64,000 nucleotides of DNA from Scyliorhinus canicula (taxonomy: Eukaryota): the NCBI RefSeq assembly GCF_902713615.1, contig NC_052146.1, positions 18,713,879-18,777,878 on the forward strand, read 5' to 3'. Below the pieces are notes generated by a model that worked only from the letters and a program-made list of their open reading frames with translations, was not told the origin of the DNA and did no database searches. The first letter of the stretch is position 1. The number at the start of each line of letters is the position of its first letter. Positions 37,602 to 49,885 of the stretch are shown here, piece by piece. The position numbers and the translations under genes are program-made.

Positions 37602-37825
37602 CGTGTGGAGATGCCGCCGTTGGACTGGGGTGAGGACAGTAAGAAGCCTTACAACACCAGGTTAAAGTCCAACATGTTTGTTTCAAACACTAGCTTTCGG
37701 AGCACTGCTCGTTCCTCAGGTGAATGAAGAGGTATATTCACCTCAGGAAGGAGCAGTGCTCCGAAAGCTTATGTTTGAAGCAAACATGTTGGACTTTAAC
37801 CTGGTGTTGTAGGACTTCTTACTGT
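37602..37825 (-). mobile_element. Palindromic Penelope-like non-autonomous element with two hammerhead motifs (copy 1)
   Basis: ~90-bp inverted arms 37636-37725 and 37736-37825; CTGTTTCTAT repeated at 37592-37601 and 37822-37831. Confidence 0.8.
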
Positions 37826-38908
37826 TTCTATAGGGCACAGCTGAGACTGCCAGTGAATTAATGTAATCTCACCACCACTGGGCATCAGAAATGTGGCGTT
37901 AATGCCCCTTACATTTGATAGATGTGTTCTCGACCACTGCCTATCCCCTCCCATCCTTCAGATTGACTTTGGCATCCCAAGTACTTACTGATTCATGTCT
38001 ATCTGCCATCCTCCAGGGTTGTTCGAGGAGCCATTCTTTATACATGAGCTTGATAGTGAGCATTAGCAGCTTACTCCAACACGGTAAAGTGAAGATCACA
38101 GCTGAACCACATCCCTTTCGCACTTGGCACTCAGACGTTCATTGGGAGCCACTGCTGTTTGGGAGCTAAAAAGATGACAAGATTTTCCCCAGGCCCCCAT
38201 TACCATTGTAGCAGTGGCCTGTTAACACAGTAGAATTTGGAGCTTTCCTGGCTAAGATCCACGTTGGCACCTTTTTACTGAGTTAATATCCTTCTTTTAA
38301 AGAAACTGAATTTTCTGATCTTATCCAGGGTGATCACAGATGGAACAAACTGGCCGCGGCTCACTTGGGGTAGAGAAAGGCAACATGAGGCCTGTCTCCC
38401 ATTAATAGCTGTGAAGTGTACCAGTGCACAGGGACTGGGCCCTGTTTATAATCCTCCGTCTAGGCTCTGTGCTTCCCTCAGCGCTGGCCTCTGTGTATCC
38501 CTGACTTTTATCGCATCATCACTGATGACAGTGCTTTCAGCTGCCTGGGCCCCTAGCTCTAGAATTCCCTCCCTAAACCCCACTGCCTCTCTACCTTTCT
38601 GAAATATTTCTGAAATATTTTAACAAGCTTATGATCACCTGTTCAGTAACTCATTACCTGGCTTGGTATCAAATTTTGTTTGATAACCTGGGACATTTTA
38701 CTACATGAAAGGTGCTGTATAAATTCAAGCTCTCGCAAGCTCGCACGTTAGTCTCTATTAGAGGAATGTTTGAGAATCTATATCCCAGCTAGGGGTCAGT
38801 GCCGTTATGTGAGAAAGCATATTTAAATTTTAAAAACAGGGACAGTGAAGATCAAGTGCGCTGTAATTCCTAATCCTTGCATCCTGATGTTTTGATGTTT
38901 TCTTTAAG

Positions 38909-39119
38909 CTCCCGCAGTGCCTGTGTATCCACCTGCAGAGGCTCTCGTGGTCCAACCGTGGAACCCCCCTGAAACGCAATGAGCACGTGCAGTTCAGCGA
39001 GCTCCTCTCGCTTGATACCTACAAGTACCGGAGTCCATCTCAGAGGTCGGGCCACCGCAGAATGAGCAGGCCCGCCAGTACAGGGAGTTTACCACGTATG
39101 CTAGAGGAGACCAAGACAG
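38909..39119 (+). CDS. USP30: USP30 exon 11
   Basis: LPQCLCIHLQRLSWSNRGTPLKRNEHVQFSE...; 211 nt. Confidence 0.95.
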
Positions 39120-39476
39120 GTACTTGCTGTGTTAACCGGGAAATCATCACGCAGCCTCTGAACTCAACAATGTGATGCTTATTTCCACTTCAAACTCTTA
39201 TTTTTTTATTTAATCAAGGATTTTTATAATCAAGGATTTTCATAATAGAAGTTCACTCTTTTGGAATATTTCTGATTCTGTTAATGGATCCATTCCAGAG
39301 TAAAGATCAAAGCTGTACAGCTCAGCAGCAGACCCAGCAATAATACTTCAATAAAACGTCCTTGCTCAACACTTTGGCTTAATTACACAGGATCATAGGG
39401 CATGGAAATAAGCCATACAACCCAACTGCTGACGATGTTCCATCGAGGTCTTGTGCATCTTCCTCGTCTACATTTA

Positions 39477-39805
39477 TCATAGAATTTACAGTGCAGAAGG
39501 AGGCCATTCGGCCCATCGATTCTGCACCGGCCCTTGGAAAGAGCACCCCACTTAAGCCCGCGCCTCCACCCTACGCCCGTAACCCAGTAACCCCACCTAA
39601 CCTTTTTTTTGGACACTTAAGGGGAATTTAGCATGGCCAATCCACCTAACCTGCACATCTTTGGACAGTGGGAGGAAACCGGAGCAACCGGAGACATGGG
39701 GAGGACATGCAGACTCCGCTCAGACAGTGACCCAAGCCAGGAATTGAACCTGGGACCCTGCAGCTGTGAAACAACTGTGTTAACCACAGTGCTACTGTGC
39801 TGCCC
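39477..39805 (-). mobile_element. HE1-type SINE with CR1-derived tail
   Basis: Family homology. Confidence 0.85.
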
Positions 39806-40554
39806 TTATTGTAAGCCTCTACTTCCTCTCCGTCACCCTCATATACCCATCTAGCTTCATCTCAAATTCATCTATACCACTCGCCGTGGTAGCGGGTTCC
39901 ATGTCCTGACCACTCGGTGAGGAATGCAATGAAACTTCATCCAGCATTGGACTCCACACACCAAATGATTTGATTATTTTGTTAATCTGGTGGCAAAACC
40001 AATTTCAAAGAGGGTGCATTCCACCTAAGAATGTACGACTTTAGGTCTAACGGCAAAATAAATACCGTACAAAATCTTATCAAGTTTCAGTTGATATGAA
40101 GAAGCTTTGTATATTGTACTCAGTAAGATGAGGGGTTGTGTCTGGACTTTTGACACCCTCCCTCTACCTGGAGGACAGGGATATGGGTTCCCACCTCTGC
40201 TCACCCCCTGAATTACTGATCTGTGCTTCTATTGATGACAGGCCCAACATTTCCTTACAGGGAGGAACAATGAACGACTGTCCCTAAGCAAAGTGTAGCT
40301 CCTTTGCCATCTATCTCTCCAATTAATTGATCTATCCTAACCTTAAATATGTTCAACAATGGAGCTTCCACAACCCTCTGGGACAGAGAATTCCAAAGAT
40401 TCACAACCCTTTGAGTGAACACGTTTCTCCTCAGTCCTGAATAATTGGTCCCTCAGCCTGAGAATGTGTCCCCATGTTCTAGATTCCCCAATCAGGGGGA
40501 ACAATCTCTCAGTGGCCACCCTATCAAACCCCCTCAGAATGTTTTAGGTTTTAG

Positions 40555-42460
40555 ACGAAGCCTGTGTGGAATATAAGGAAAGTAGGAAGGAACTTAAGCA
40601 AGGAGTCAGGAGGGCTAGAAGGGGGTCACGAAAAGTCATTGGCAAATAGGGTTAAGGAAAATCCAACGGCTTTTTACACGTACATAAAAAGCAAGAGGGT
40701 ATCCAGGGAAAGGGTTGGCCCACTGAAGGATAGCAAGGGAATCTGTGTGTGGAGCCAGAGGAAATGGACGAGGTACTAAATGAATACTTTGCATCAGTAT
40801 TCACTAAAGAGAAGGAATTGGTGGATGTTGAGTCTGGAGAAGGGTGTGTAGACAGCCTGGGTCACATTGAGATCCAAAAAGACGAGGTGTTGGGCGTCTT
40901 GAAAAATATTATGGTAGATAAGTTCCCCAGGGCCTGATGGGATCTACCCCAGAATAATGAAGGAGGCTAGAGAGGAAATTGCTGAGTCCTTGACAGAAAT
41001 CTTTGGATCCTCACTGTCTTCAGCTGATGTCCCGGAGGACTGGAGAATAGCCAATGTTGTTCCTTTGTTTAAGAAGGGTAGCAAGGATATCCAAGGGAAC
41101 TACAGGCCGGTGAGCCTTACGTCAGTGGTAGGGAAATTACTGGAGAGAATTCATCGAGACAGGATCTACTCCCATTTGGAAACAAATGGACGTATTAGCG
41201 AGAGGCAGCATGGTTTTGTGAAGGGGAGGTCGTGTCTCACTAACTTGATAGAGTTTTTCAAAGAGGTCACAAAGATGATTAATGCAGGTAGGGCCGTGGA
41301 TGTTGTCTATATGGACTTCAGTAAGGTCTTTGACAAGGTCCCTCATGGCAGACTGGTACAAAAGGTGAAGTCACACGGGATCAGGGGTGAGCTGGCAAGA
41401 TGGATACAGAACTGGCTAGGTCATAGAAGGCAGAGAGTAGCAATGGAAGGGTGCTTTTCTGATTGGAGGGCTGTGACTAGTGGTGTTCTGCAGGGATCAG
41501 TGTTGGGACCTTTGCTGTTTGTAGTATATATAAATGATTTGGAGGAAAATGTAACTGGTCTGATTAGTAAGTTTGCAGACGACACAAAGGTTGGTGGAAT
41601 TACGGTTAGCGATGAGGACTGTTGGAGGATACAGCAGGATTTTGATCGTTTGGAGACTTGGGCAGAGAGTTTCATCCGGACAAATGTGAGGTAATGCATT
41701 TTGGAAGATCTAGTGCAGGCCGGGAATATACAGTGAATGGTAGAACCCTCAAAGAGTATTGACAGTCAGAGAGATCTAGATGTACAGGTCCACAGGTCAC
41801 TGAAAGGGGCAACACAGGTGGAGAAGGTAGTCAAGAAGGCATACGGCATGCTTGCCTTCATTGGCCGGGGCATTGAGTATAAGAATTGGCAAGTCATGTT
41901 GCAGCTATATAGAACCTTAGTTAGGCCACACTTGGAGTATAGTGTTCAATTCTGGTCGCCTCACTACCAGAAGGATGTGGAGGCTTTAGAGAGGGTGCAG
42001 AAGAGATTTACAAGGATGTTGCCTTGTATGGAGGGCATTAGCTATGAGGAGCGGTTGAATAAACTCGGTTTGTTCTCACTGGAACGACGGAGGTTGAGAG
42101 GCGACCTGATGGAGGTCTACAAAATTATGAGGGGCAGAGAGAGAGTGGATAGTCAGAGACTTTCTTCCAGGGTAGAGGAGTCAATTACTAGGGGGCATAG
42201 GTTTAAGGTGCGAGGGGCAAGGTTTAGAGGAGATGTACGAGGCAAGTTTTTTTACACAGAGGGTAGTGGGTGCCTGGAACTCGCTGCCGGAGGAGGTGGT
42301 GGAAGTCGAGGCATCTTGACAAATGCATGAATAGGGTGGGAATGGAAGGATACAGACCTCGGAAGTGTAGAAGATTTTAGTTTTAGACGGACAGCATGGT
42401 CGGTGCAGGCTTGGAGGGCCAAAGGGCCTGTTCCTGTGCTGTACTTTTCTTTGTTCTTTA
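40555..42460 (+). mobile_element. CR1 LINE, 5'-truncated, nested inside an older minus-strand CR1 (40290-40550 and 42460-42880)
   Basis: RT ORF fragments 40957-41694 and 41737-42330; the flanks join into one continuous antisense CR1. Confidence 0.93.
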
Positions 42461-42974
42461 TTTCAATGAGATCACACCTCATTCTTCTGAACTCCAGAGA
42501 GTTAACCCCATTTGCTTAACCTCTCATCACAGGACAACTGCCTTATCGCAGAGACAATTTACTGAATCTTCGCTGTAGCGTCTCCAAAGCAACTATACCC
42601 TTTCTTAAATGTGGAGACCAAAACTGCACACAGTATTCCAGATGTGGACTTACCAAAACTAATACTGTACTCCAGTCCCCTTTCATTAAAGCCAACGTAC
42701 TATTTGCCTTCTAATTGCTTGCTGCACCTGCATGCCAACTTTCTGCCTTCCTTGCGCAAGCACAGTCAAATCTCTCTCTGTACATCAACGTTTCTTGTGA
42801 ATATAAAAATATTCTGCTTTTTTATTCTTGTCACCGAAGTGAATAAGTTCACATTTCCCTCCACCTGCCATGTTGTTGGCCACTGACTGAACAGAAATTT
42901 CCCTTTTTGAGGCAGAGCTTTGCAGCAGATGGGAAAAGCGGCATTGAAGCCACCGGCCCGTGTATTGTTAGCAA

Positions 42975-43570
42975 AATTCAACAGGGGCCACAGCTGGAGT
43001 ATTGTGTGCAGTTCTGGAATCCACACTATAGGAGGGATGTGATAGCTGTGGAAATGGTGCAGAGGAGATTTACCAGGATGTTGTAGGGGCTGGAGAGTTT
43101 TAGCTATGAAGAGAGGTTGGATAGACTGGGGTTATTTTCCTTGGAGCAGAGGAGACTGAGGGGACGCACGATTGACATGTATCATTAATTATGAGGAAAA
43201 ATGAAAATCGCTTATTGTCACGAGTAGGCTTCAATGAGGTTACTGTGAAAAGCCCCTAGTCGCCACATTCCGGCGTCTGTCCGGGGAGGCTGGTACGGGA
43301 ACATAGATAGAATAAACGTTTACCCTTGGTGGAGGGCTCAATGCCCAGGGGGCATAGATTTAAGGTAAGGGGCAGGAGGATTAGAGGGGATGTGGGGGGA
43401 AACATTTTCCACCCAGAGGTTGGTAGAGTCTGGAACTCGCTGCCTATAAGGGTGATGGAGGCAGAGATCCTCAGCATTGAATAAATATTTAGATGTGTAC
43501 TTGTGATGCCAAAGCATACGAGGCTATGGACAAAGTGCAGGAAAATTTTTGACTGGCGCAGACATCGGGC
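42975..43570 (+). mobile_element. CR1 3' fragment containing an inserted SINE tail (43196-43281, minus)
   Basis: [11 protein letters not shown] remnant; the SINE tail interrupts the frame. Confidence 0.8.
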
Positions 43571-43951
43571 CTTTCTGAGCTATGACATCCTCCCCAGCCC
43601 TGCAGAGAGGAGTGACAGAGTGCACTATTACACCACTGGTGAGGGAGGGGATAATTGCGACGGGACTTACCACCGATGTATAATGCGATTTGGACCTCTT
43701 GAGATTTTGCGCTCCTGTGGCTATTCACGCCTGATGCAAATAGGAGCGCAAGATCCCAGCCAATATCCCTTTGCGGCCTCTGTGTCCTTCCCCACAGCTT
43801 ATCTTCCACCTAACTTAGTGACATTGGTTAATTTGACACATTGCATATATTAGATACGTACGCAAACTTCAATGTCATTGTCTCCCAGCAGCTGTCAGTT
43901 CACTTCAATAATGGTTCTTTAAATTTTATTTTCCTGTTTGTCTCCTTTCAG

Positions 43952-44063
43952 GATTCATGCAGCCCAGTCTGAGTAAAATGCAAGTTGCAAACGGAGCATG
44001 TGCATCATCTCTGCTATCCGCTTCTTTTGCAACCTCTCCGTCTCCTGTAACTCGAAGTTACGC
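43952..44063 (+). CDS. USP30: USP30 exon 12
   Basis: FMQPSLSKMQVANGACASSLL... matches human ..FMNGACSPSLL; 112 nt, phases 1/2 fit. Confidence 0.9.
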
Positions 44064-44204
44064 GTGAGTCTTTCGATTTAATTTTTTCTCCCCCGAAGGC
44101 TTAATTTTGTTTTTGTTTTTATACGGACCTAATGGCGCATCAGAATGCACTTCAGAATCGAAAGATCCTTCAAGTGGGTTTCCAGGATGAATCTGGTATT
44201 GCAA

Positions 44205-44775
44205 AGAACAAAGAAAAGTACAGCACAGGAACAGGCCCTTCGGCCCTCCAAACCTGTGCCGACCATGCTGCCCGTCTAAACTAAAATCTTCTCCACTTCC
44301 TGGGTCCGTTTCCCTATGTTCCTATCCTATTCATGTATTTGTTAAGATGCCCCTTAAACGTCACTATCATCTCTGCTTCCACTACCACCTCCGGCAGCGA
44401 GTTCCAGGCATCCACTACCCTCTGTGTAAAAAAAAACGTGCCTCGTACATCTCCTCTAAACCTTGCCCCTTGCACCTTAAACCAACGTCCCTAGTAATTG
44501 ACCCCTCTACCCTGGGGAAAAGCCTCTGACTATCCATCCTGTCTATGCCCCTCATAATTTTGTAGACCTCTGTCAGGTCGCCCCTCAACCTCTGTCGTTC
44601 CAGTGAGAACAAACCGAGTTTTTCAACCGCTCCTCATAGCTAATGCCCTCCATACCAGACAACATCCTGGTAAATCTCTTCTGCACCCTCTCTAAAGCCT
44701 CCACATCGTTCTGGTAGTGTGGCGACCAGAATTGAACACTATACCCCAAGTGTGGCCTAACTAAGATTCTGTAAT
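44205..44775 (-). mobile_element. CR1 3' fragment, same young subfamily as 40555-42460
   Basis: Closely similar 3' UTR and ORF end in opposite orientation. Confidence 0.92.
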
Positions 44776-45150
44776 AGTGCTGGCTTTCTGCCAATAAAGG
44801 GCCCTCAGGCACTTCTTTGAAGACAAAAAATAATTACCGAGAAATGCACTTTCTACTCAAAGGAACATTTTGCAGAGCTGTGGGGGAAAGAACAAGGGAT
44901 GGGGATTAATTGGTTTGCTGGCACAGGCAAGATGGGCTGAATGACCTCCTGTGCTTGTATCATATGATGATTCCATTCACTTTCCATTTCTTGTCGGAGC
45001 ACATTCTTGTGCGAGCAATAAAATATCAAATAAATTGTGTCACTTTTGATGTCAGAAACAACACTTCTATTGGCTGAACAAAAGGGAGGAGAGGGAAAGA
45101 AAGAACACCTTTCTCCAGCATGACAGCACTGTTCTGCTTTATTCCCGCAG

Positions 45151-45415
45151 CACGTCGATGTATTTGTTCCGACTGATGTCTGTGGTTGTCCATCATGGTG
45201 ACATACACTCGGGCCACTTCGTGACCTACCGCCGTTCGCCGTCCACCTCGAAGAACCCGGCGGTGGTGAGCAACCAGTGGCTGTGGATATCGGACGACAC
45301 GGTGCGCAGAGCCAACACGCAGGAAGTACTCGCCTCCAACGCTTACTTGCTCTTCTACGAGCGGGTTCGGCCCCTGGTGAGGCGGGCGAGCCGGGAGTTT
45401 GGGTCGGAGGAGTGA
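45151..45415 (+). CDS. USP30: USP30 exon 13 (His box, stop)
   Basis: YLFRLMSVVVHHGDIHSGHFVTYRR...WLWISDDTVR...AYLLFYER...SEE*. Confidence 0.98.
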
Positions 45416-45742
45416 GCAGAATGTTGGGCGTTTGGCTGGTGCGGTAAAGAGACAAATAAGCTTCATGGTTTTTTTTTTAAAGAGGAATCCAATTGCCGAA
45501 AGGAACAGGAGCCCAACGATTACCCACCCAGATACTCAACTCAATATTTGTGCAGTAAACCAAGAGTTTGCGAGGTCTGTTGTATTTTTTTTTAAATGTA
45601 TTGATTTGTCACTTAATTCCATCGCAAAAGTTCCACAAAAGGGAGTAATGGCGATATATTTATGAACTTGACTGTGTGCTTGAAGCAGTTGAGAAACGTT
45701 ATTGCAGAGAAAAGTCAGAGTTAGCTCAGCAATGTCATGATG

Positions 45743-45970
45743 AGGGCAGCACGGTGGCAAAGTGAGTAGCACAGCTGCCTCACGGCGCCGAGGTCCCAGG
45801 TTCGATCCCGGCTCTGGGTCACTGTCCGTGTGGAGTTTGCACATTCTCCCCGTGTTTGCGTGGGTTTCGCCCCCACAACCCAAAAAGGTGCAATCTAGGT
45901 GGATTGGCCACTCTAAATTGCCCCTTAATTGGAAAAATGATTGGGTACACTAAATTTATTAAAAAAAAAA
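45743..45970 (+). mobile_element. HE1/V-type SINE, A-tailed form, in the USP30 3' UTR region
   Basis: Perfect 15-bp TSD AGCAATGTCATGATG at 45728-45742 and 45970-45984. Confidence 0.92.
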
Positions 45971-47488
45971 GCAATGTCATGATGGATTGTTGAGTCGAAA
46001 GCCTAAAGTGAGATATCAAATCAGCCACATGTATCTATCCAGGTTGGAACAATCACCTTTTCGGGCACTGGCCAGTTGCGTATTGCTGCAGCCATGGCTC
46101 AGATCGCAAAAGGGGCTGTCACTGCCAGTCACAGGCTTAGTGTGAAGGTTTTAGTGAAAGATTGAAGAAGCTTGCTTGACGACTTGGTAGGCGCGTGCAG
46201 TGCATGTACAGATGGTCCCAGGTTCTCTCCAGTCTGTGCTAATTCCAACACAGGATAACAGTAGAGAATGCTTTATTTACCCTGTGCAGAGAGGGCAACG
46301 TTTTGAGTTCTAATTACCTGCTGCCTGACTGAGAGGCCTGTCAGGTTAGACTAGACTGTGGTGCCCCAACCCAGTCGGATGATCTACTCACACTCCCTAT
46401 TGAGATTTGTGCACCAAGGGCTCAGGTGCAGCACTGTAGGATCAGCAGTGCCTATGGGACCATGTCTCAGCAAGAGTTGACACCTTCAGAGAGAAGAAAT
46501 AGGTCGAAGAACATGACAGATCATGTGAATTGTAATGTACCAAATCGCTGATGTGTTATTTTCGCTGCCATGAAACATGCCGGGAGAAGAGGTGACACAA
46601 TCTCTGAACATAAACAGTTAGGAAGTGATTTTCGGCAGTTTCCAGAAAGTGGGATCACACTAATAACTGTGAACCCTCACTAGTGAGGGAGTGTATTCCC
46701 AGGAGTCAGGCATGGTTTTCTGATCGCATGGAGTGCCTGCGTGAAATAACAAGAAGTGAGTTCTTTATTGTATGGGTGAAAGTTCTGTGATCGGCCAACC
46801 TGAAGCAGTCACGTACAACAAAAATAAACCGTGGGTGATTTATATTCGAGTCTCAGCCCTGTCAACTGGATAATGAAACAAGTCAAGCTGGGAGAGACGG
46901 AATCTGCTAAACTTCTGTGCCAAGTTTGAAGCCTGATTTTGGCCAGACAACTATTGGCCTCACTCCCCAGGTTAGAAAAGGGGGGAATTAAGCCAGTAAT
47001 CTACCCATTTCCTTTACCCTCTCAGTATTGGACCCCCTTCTTCAGTCAGAAGGTACATGAATCATTCATTGCCTGATGGCAGTAAGAATGCTTGCACAGG
47101 TTAGAGCAACAGCCACCCGGTCATCCATGGGTTGATTTGCATTGGCACCCAGTCTTATTCAGCACTGTTCAGGCGCTGTGAAGAAGTGCCCTTTTTGTTG
47201 GCTGTCTTCTGTTCTGTTTCAAGTTGACTGTTTTAAAAAAAAAAATCTGTACAAATCGGTGTGCCCCTTGTACCCCCTTCATTATCACCTCTGAATCTTT
47301 TTCGTGGGAGACTGTTCAACATGCACACAGTCTGTTTATAACCTCAGGTGAAGCTATGTACAGGCCGGTTGCTTTATTTTGTGAAAAGGACCACCTGAGT
47401 TGACAAGCCTGTGATTTCCCCTTTCTCCGAGCACTGGTGGGCAAAGGCACTGCACGGTGATGTGTTGCACTAAGCGGGTCGCGTTCCA

Positions 47489-47670
47489 TTGGGGTTGGTT
47501 TAGCTCACTCTGCTAAATTGCTGGCTTTTACAGCAGACCAAGCAGGCCAGCAGCATGGTTCGATTCCCGTACCAGGCTCCCCGGACAAGCGCCGGAATGT
47601 GGCGACTAGGGGCTTTTCACAGTAACTTCATTGAAGCCTACTCGTGACAATAAGCGATTTTCATTTTCAT
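47489..47670 (+). mobile_element. Short SINE with Rex1-like tail
   Basis: Family homology. Confidence 0.85.
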
Positions 47671-48442
47671 TGCTGCTTTCTGCTAAATCAGCTGCTTTCT
47701 GACGAGGCAGAGCCACAATTAGCCGGAGTTTCCACTGACGAGGGGGGAAAATCCAGTTCCGGTTCACTTCTCCTACAACTACATATTTGTGTGTGCAATG
47801 GGTTGTGAGTATCGTGGGCGGTGTGTACAGTGGGTAAGAACAAGAAATTGACTTTGAAGCCGTCCCTGGTTGAATAGCTCCCCAGAGCCCGAAATACTCA
47901 ACCTCACAGCGGGAGTTGACATGCAGCACTGCCTTTACCACTCCGGGGAAGAGGGTGCTGGGGAGCCTGTGTACTGTACTCCATGAACACTCCCATCTCA
48001 TGGTGTATGAGTTGAAGTGTTAATCACACTGGGTCATAGACTGCAGCTGGAGTGGATGTGACACACCACACTGCACCGTGTGGCAGGCAATAATGGTGGA
48101 GGGCTGGTTATATGGAAGGAAGGGAATGGGTGTTTGCTCGGGTGAGCTTTTCTCCAATTTTCTATGCACAATATATACACCACCCGACAGTAAGCTTTAT
48201 TATTCCACCACTGTGTAATGCAAGTATAAGTTTAGTATTCAAGTGAGGTACTCTCACCTCAGTCATCACTTCATTTCAGTATCAGTAATTTCTGGAGTGG
48301 TCTGTGATATATGACTGGATGAAGCTATGGGAAATAAAGAGTCTGTTCTACAAATAGGATTGGAGGAAGTTTGAAAGGTGCCCTGTCCCCATGACAAACC
48401 CGGTGTGGATCTGAACCACAAATACCAGGGACGCCCCACGTT

Positions 48443-48745
48443 CATAGAATCTACAGTTCAGGAGGCCATTCGGCCCATCGCTTCTTCACCGATCCTAGGA
48501 AAGAGCATCCTACTGAAGCTCACGTCTCCATCCTATCCCCGTAACCCAGTAACTCCACCTAACCTTTTGGACACTTAAGGGGCAATTTATCATGGCCAAT
48601 CCACCTAACCTGCACATCTTTGGACTGTGGGAGGAAACCGGAGGAACGGGGAGCACGTGCAAACACCACACAGACAGTTACTGAGGCTGGAATTGAATCT
48701 GGGTCCCTGGAGCTATGAGGCAGCAGTGCTAACCACTGTGCCACC
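48443..48745 (-). mobile_element. HE1-type SINE
   Basis: Family homology. Confidence 0.82.
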
Positions 48746-49551
48746 CGTTTGACTAAGTTAGCTGAGCTTAGTTAGGATGGCTACAGTTGATCTCTGTGCC
48801 CATGAGGGCAAGGTTCCTGCTGCTGACTTTATCCAGTGACCTCCCTTCTCTGCCATAAAGTTCATCTCTGTGGACATTAGGTAATGACTGGATCAGGCTT
48901 GGCAGTGACATTCAGTATGATCATGCAATCTGCAGACACTCACTCACTGCGATTTCACAATGACTATGTTTGATTCCTACTCTGTCAAAATCCTACAATT
49001 GTCCCCCAATGTCCTCTTATAGTTCTCATCTTCTCTGAGAGGATTCTGGGGTATATGATTCCATAAACGCTGACCATCTGCCAGTACCTCATTTAGTCTT
49101 TGTCCGTAACTATACCTAGTATGGTTTTCATCTGGGTGTGCGTTCTGAGCAGAGCTCACTGGATTGTGAATCCAGGTTGTTCCGGCTGAGTTCAGGAAGC
49201 TTTAGGGAGCAGATTTTTTCATTGGCTGGTGCAATTACACCTGGGGCAGGAGCCTGGTGAGATCTGTTGGTGGTGGGCAGGATGTATTGGCAACACTGCC
49301 ACACATAAACCGTCTGCCAGAATAGTTTCTGATGTGAATCCTTCTACTTTGCTGCAAGTATTATTCCTGAAAAGGGTGTCCCGCCAAATATGGATGAGCT
49401 GTGTGGGGCTGCATCCTTGTCCACCTGGAGTTGGATAGTTTACTATGCCTGTCAGTAGTTTGATGAAACCTAACAGACGTCCTGATGAAAGAGGGTTGTG
49501 TTAAGGAAGTGCTGCTGTAATCATTTGTTTCAACTTTCAATTCAATTAAAA

Positions 49552-49885
49552 GGGTGACACAGTGCTTAGCACCGCTGCCTCACAACGCCAGGGACCCGGG
49601 TCCAATTCAGGCCTTGGGTTACTGTCTGTGTGGCGTTTTCACTTTTTCCCCCCCCGTGTCTGCGGGGGTTCCTCCGGGTGCTCCGGTTTCCTTCCACAGT
49701 CCAAAGATGTGCAGGATTGCGCATGCTAAATTGCCCCTTAGTGTCCAGAGGTTTGGTGGGGTTAATGGGGTTGCATGGATAGGACAGAGAGGAGTGCGGG
49801 GACAGAGAGAGCGGTTGGGGTGTGTTTACAGAGGGTCCGTGTCGACGCAATGGGCCGAATGGGCTCCTTCTGCCCTGTAGAGATT
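49552..49885 (+). mobile_element. HE1-type SINE
   Basis: Family homology. Confidence 0.82.

Noticed and set aside
44853-45466. Antisense ORFs over USP30 exon 13 (similar ones overlap the ALKBH2 and UNG exons)
   Set aside because: Shadow ORFs of GC-rich coding sequence with no independent support.
49478-49510. Isolated CTGATGA hammerhead-like core
   Set aside because: No helix II followed by GAAA.
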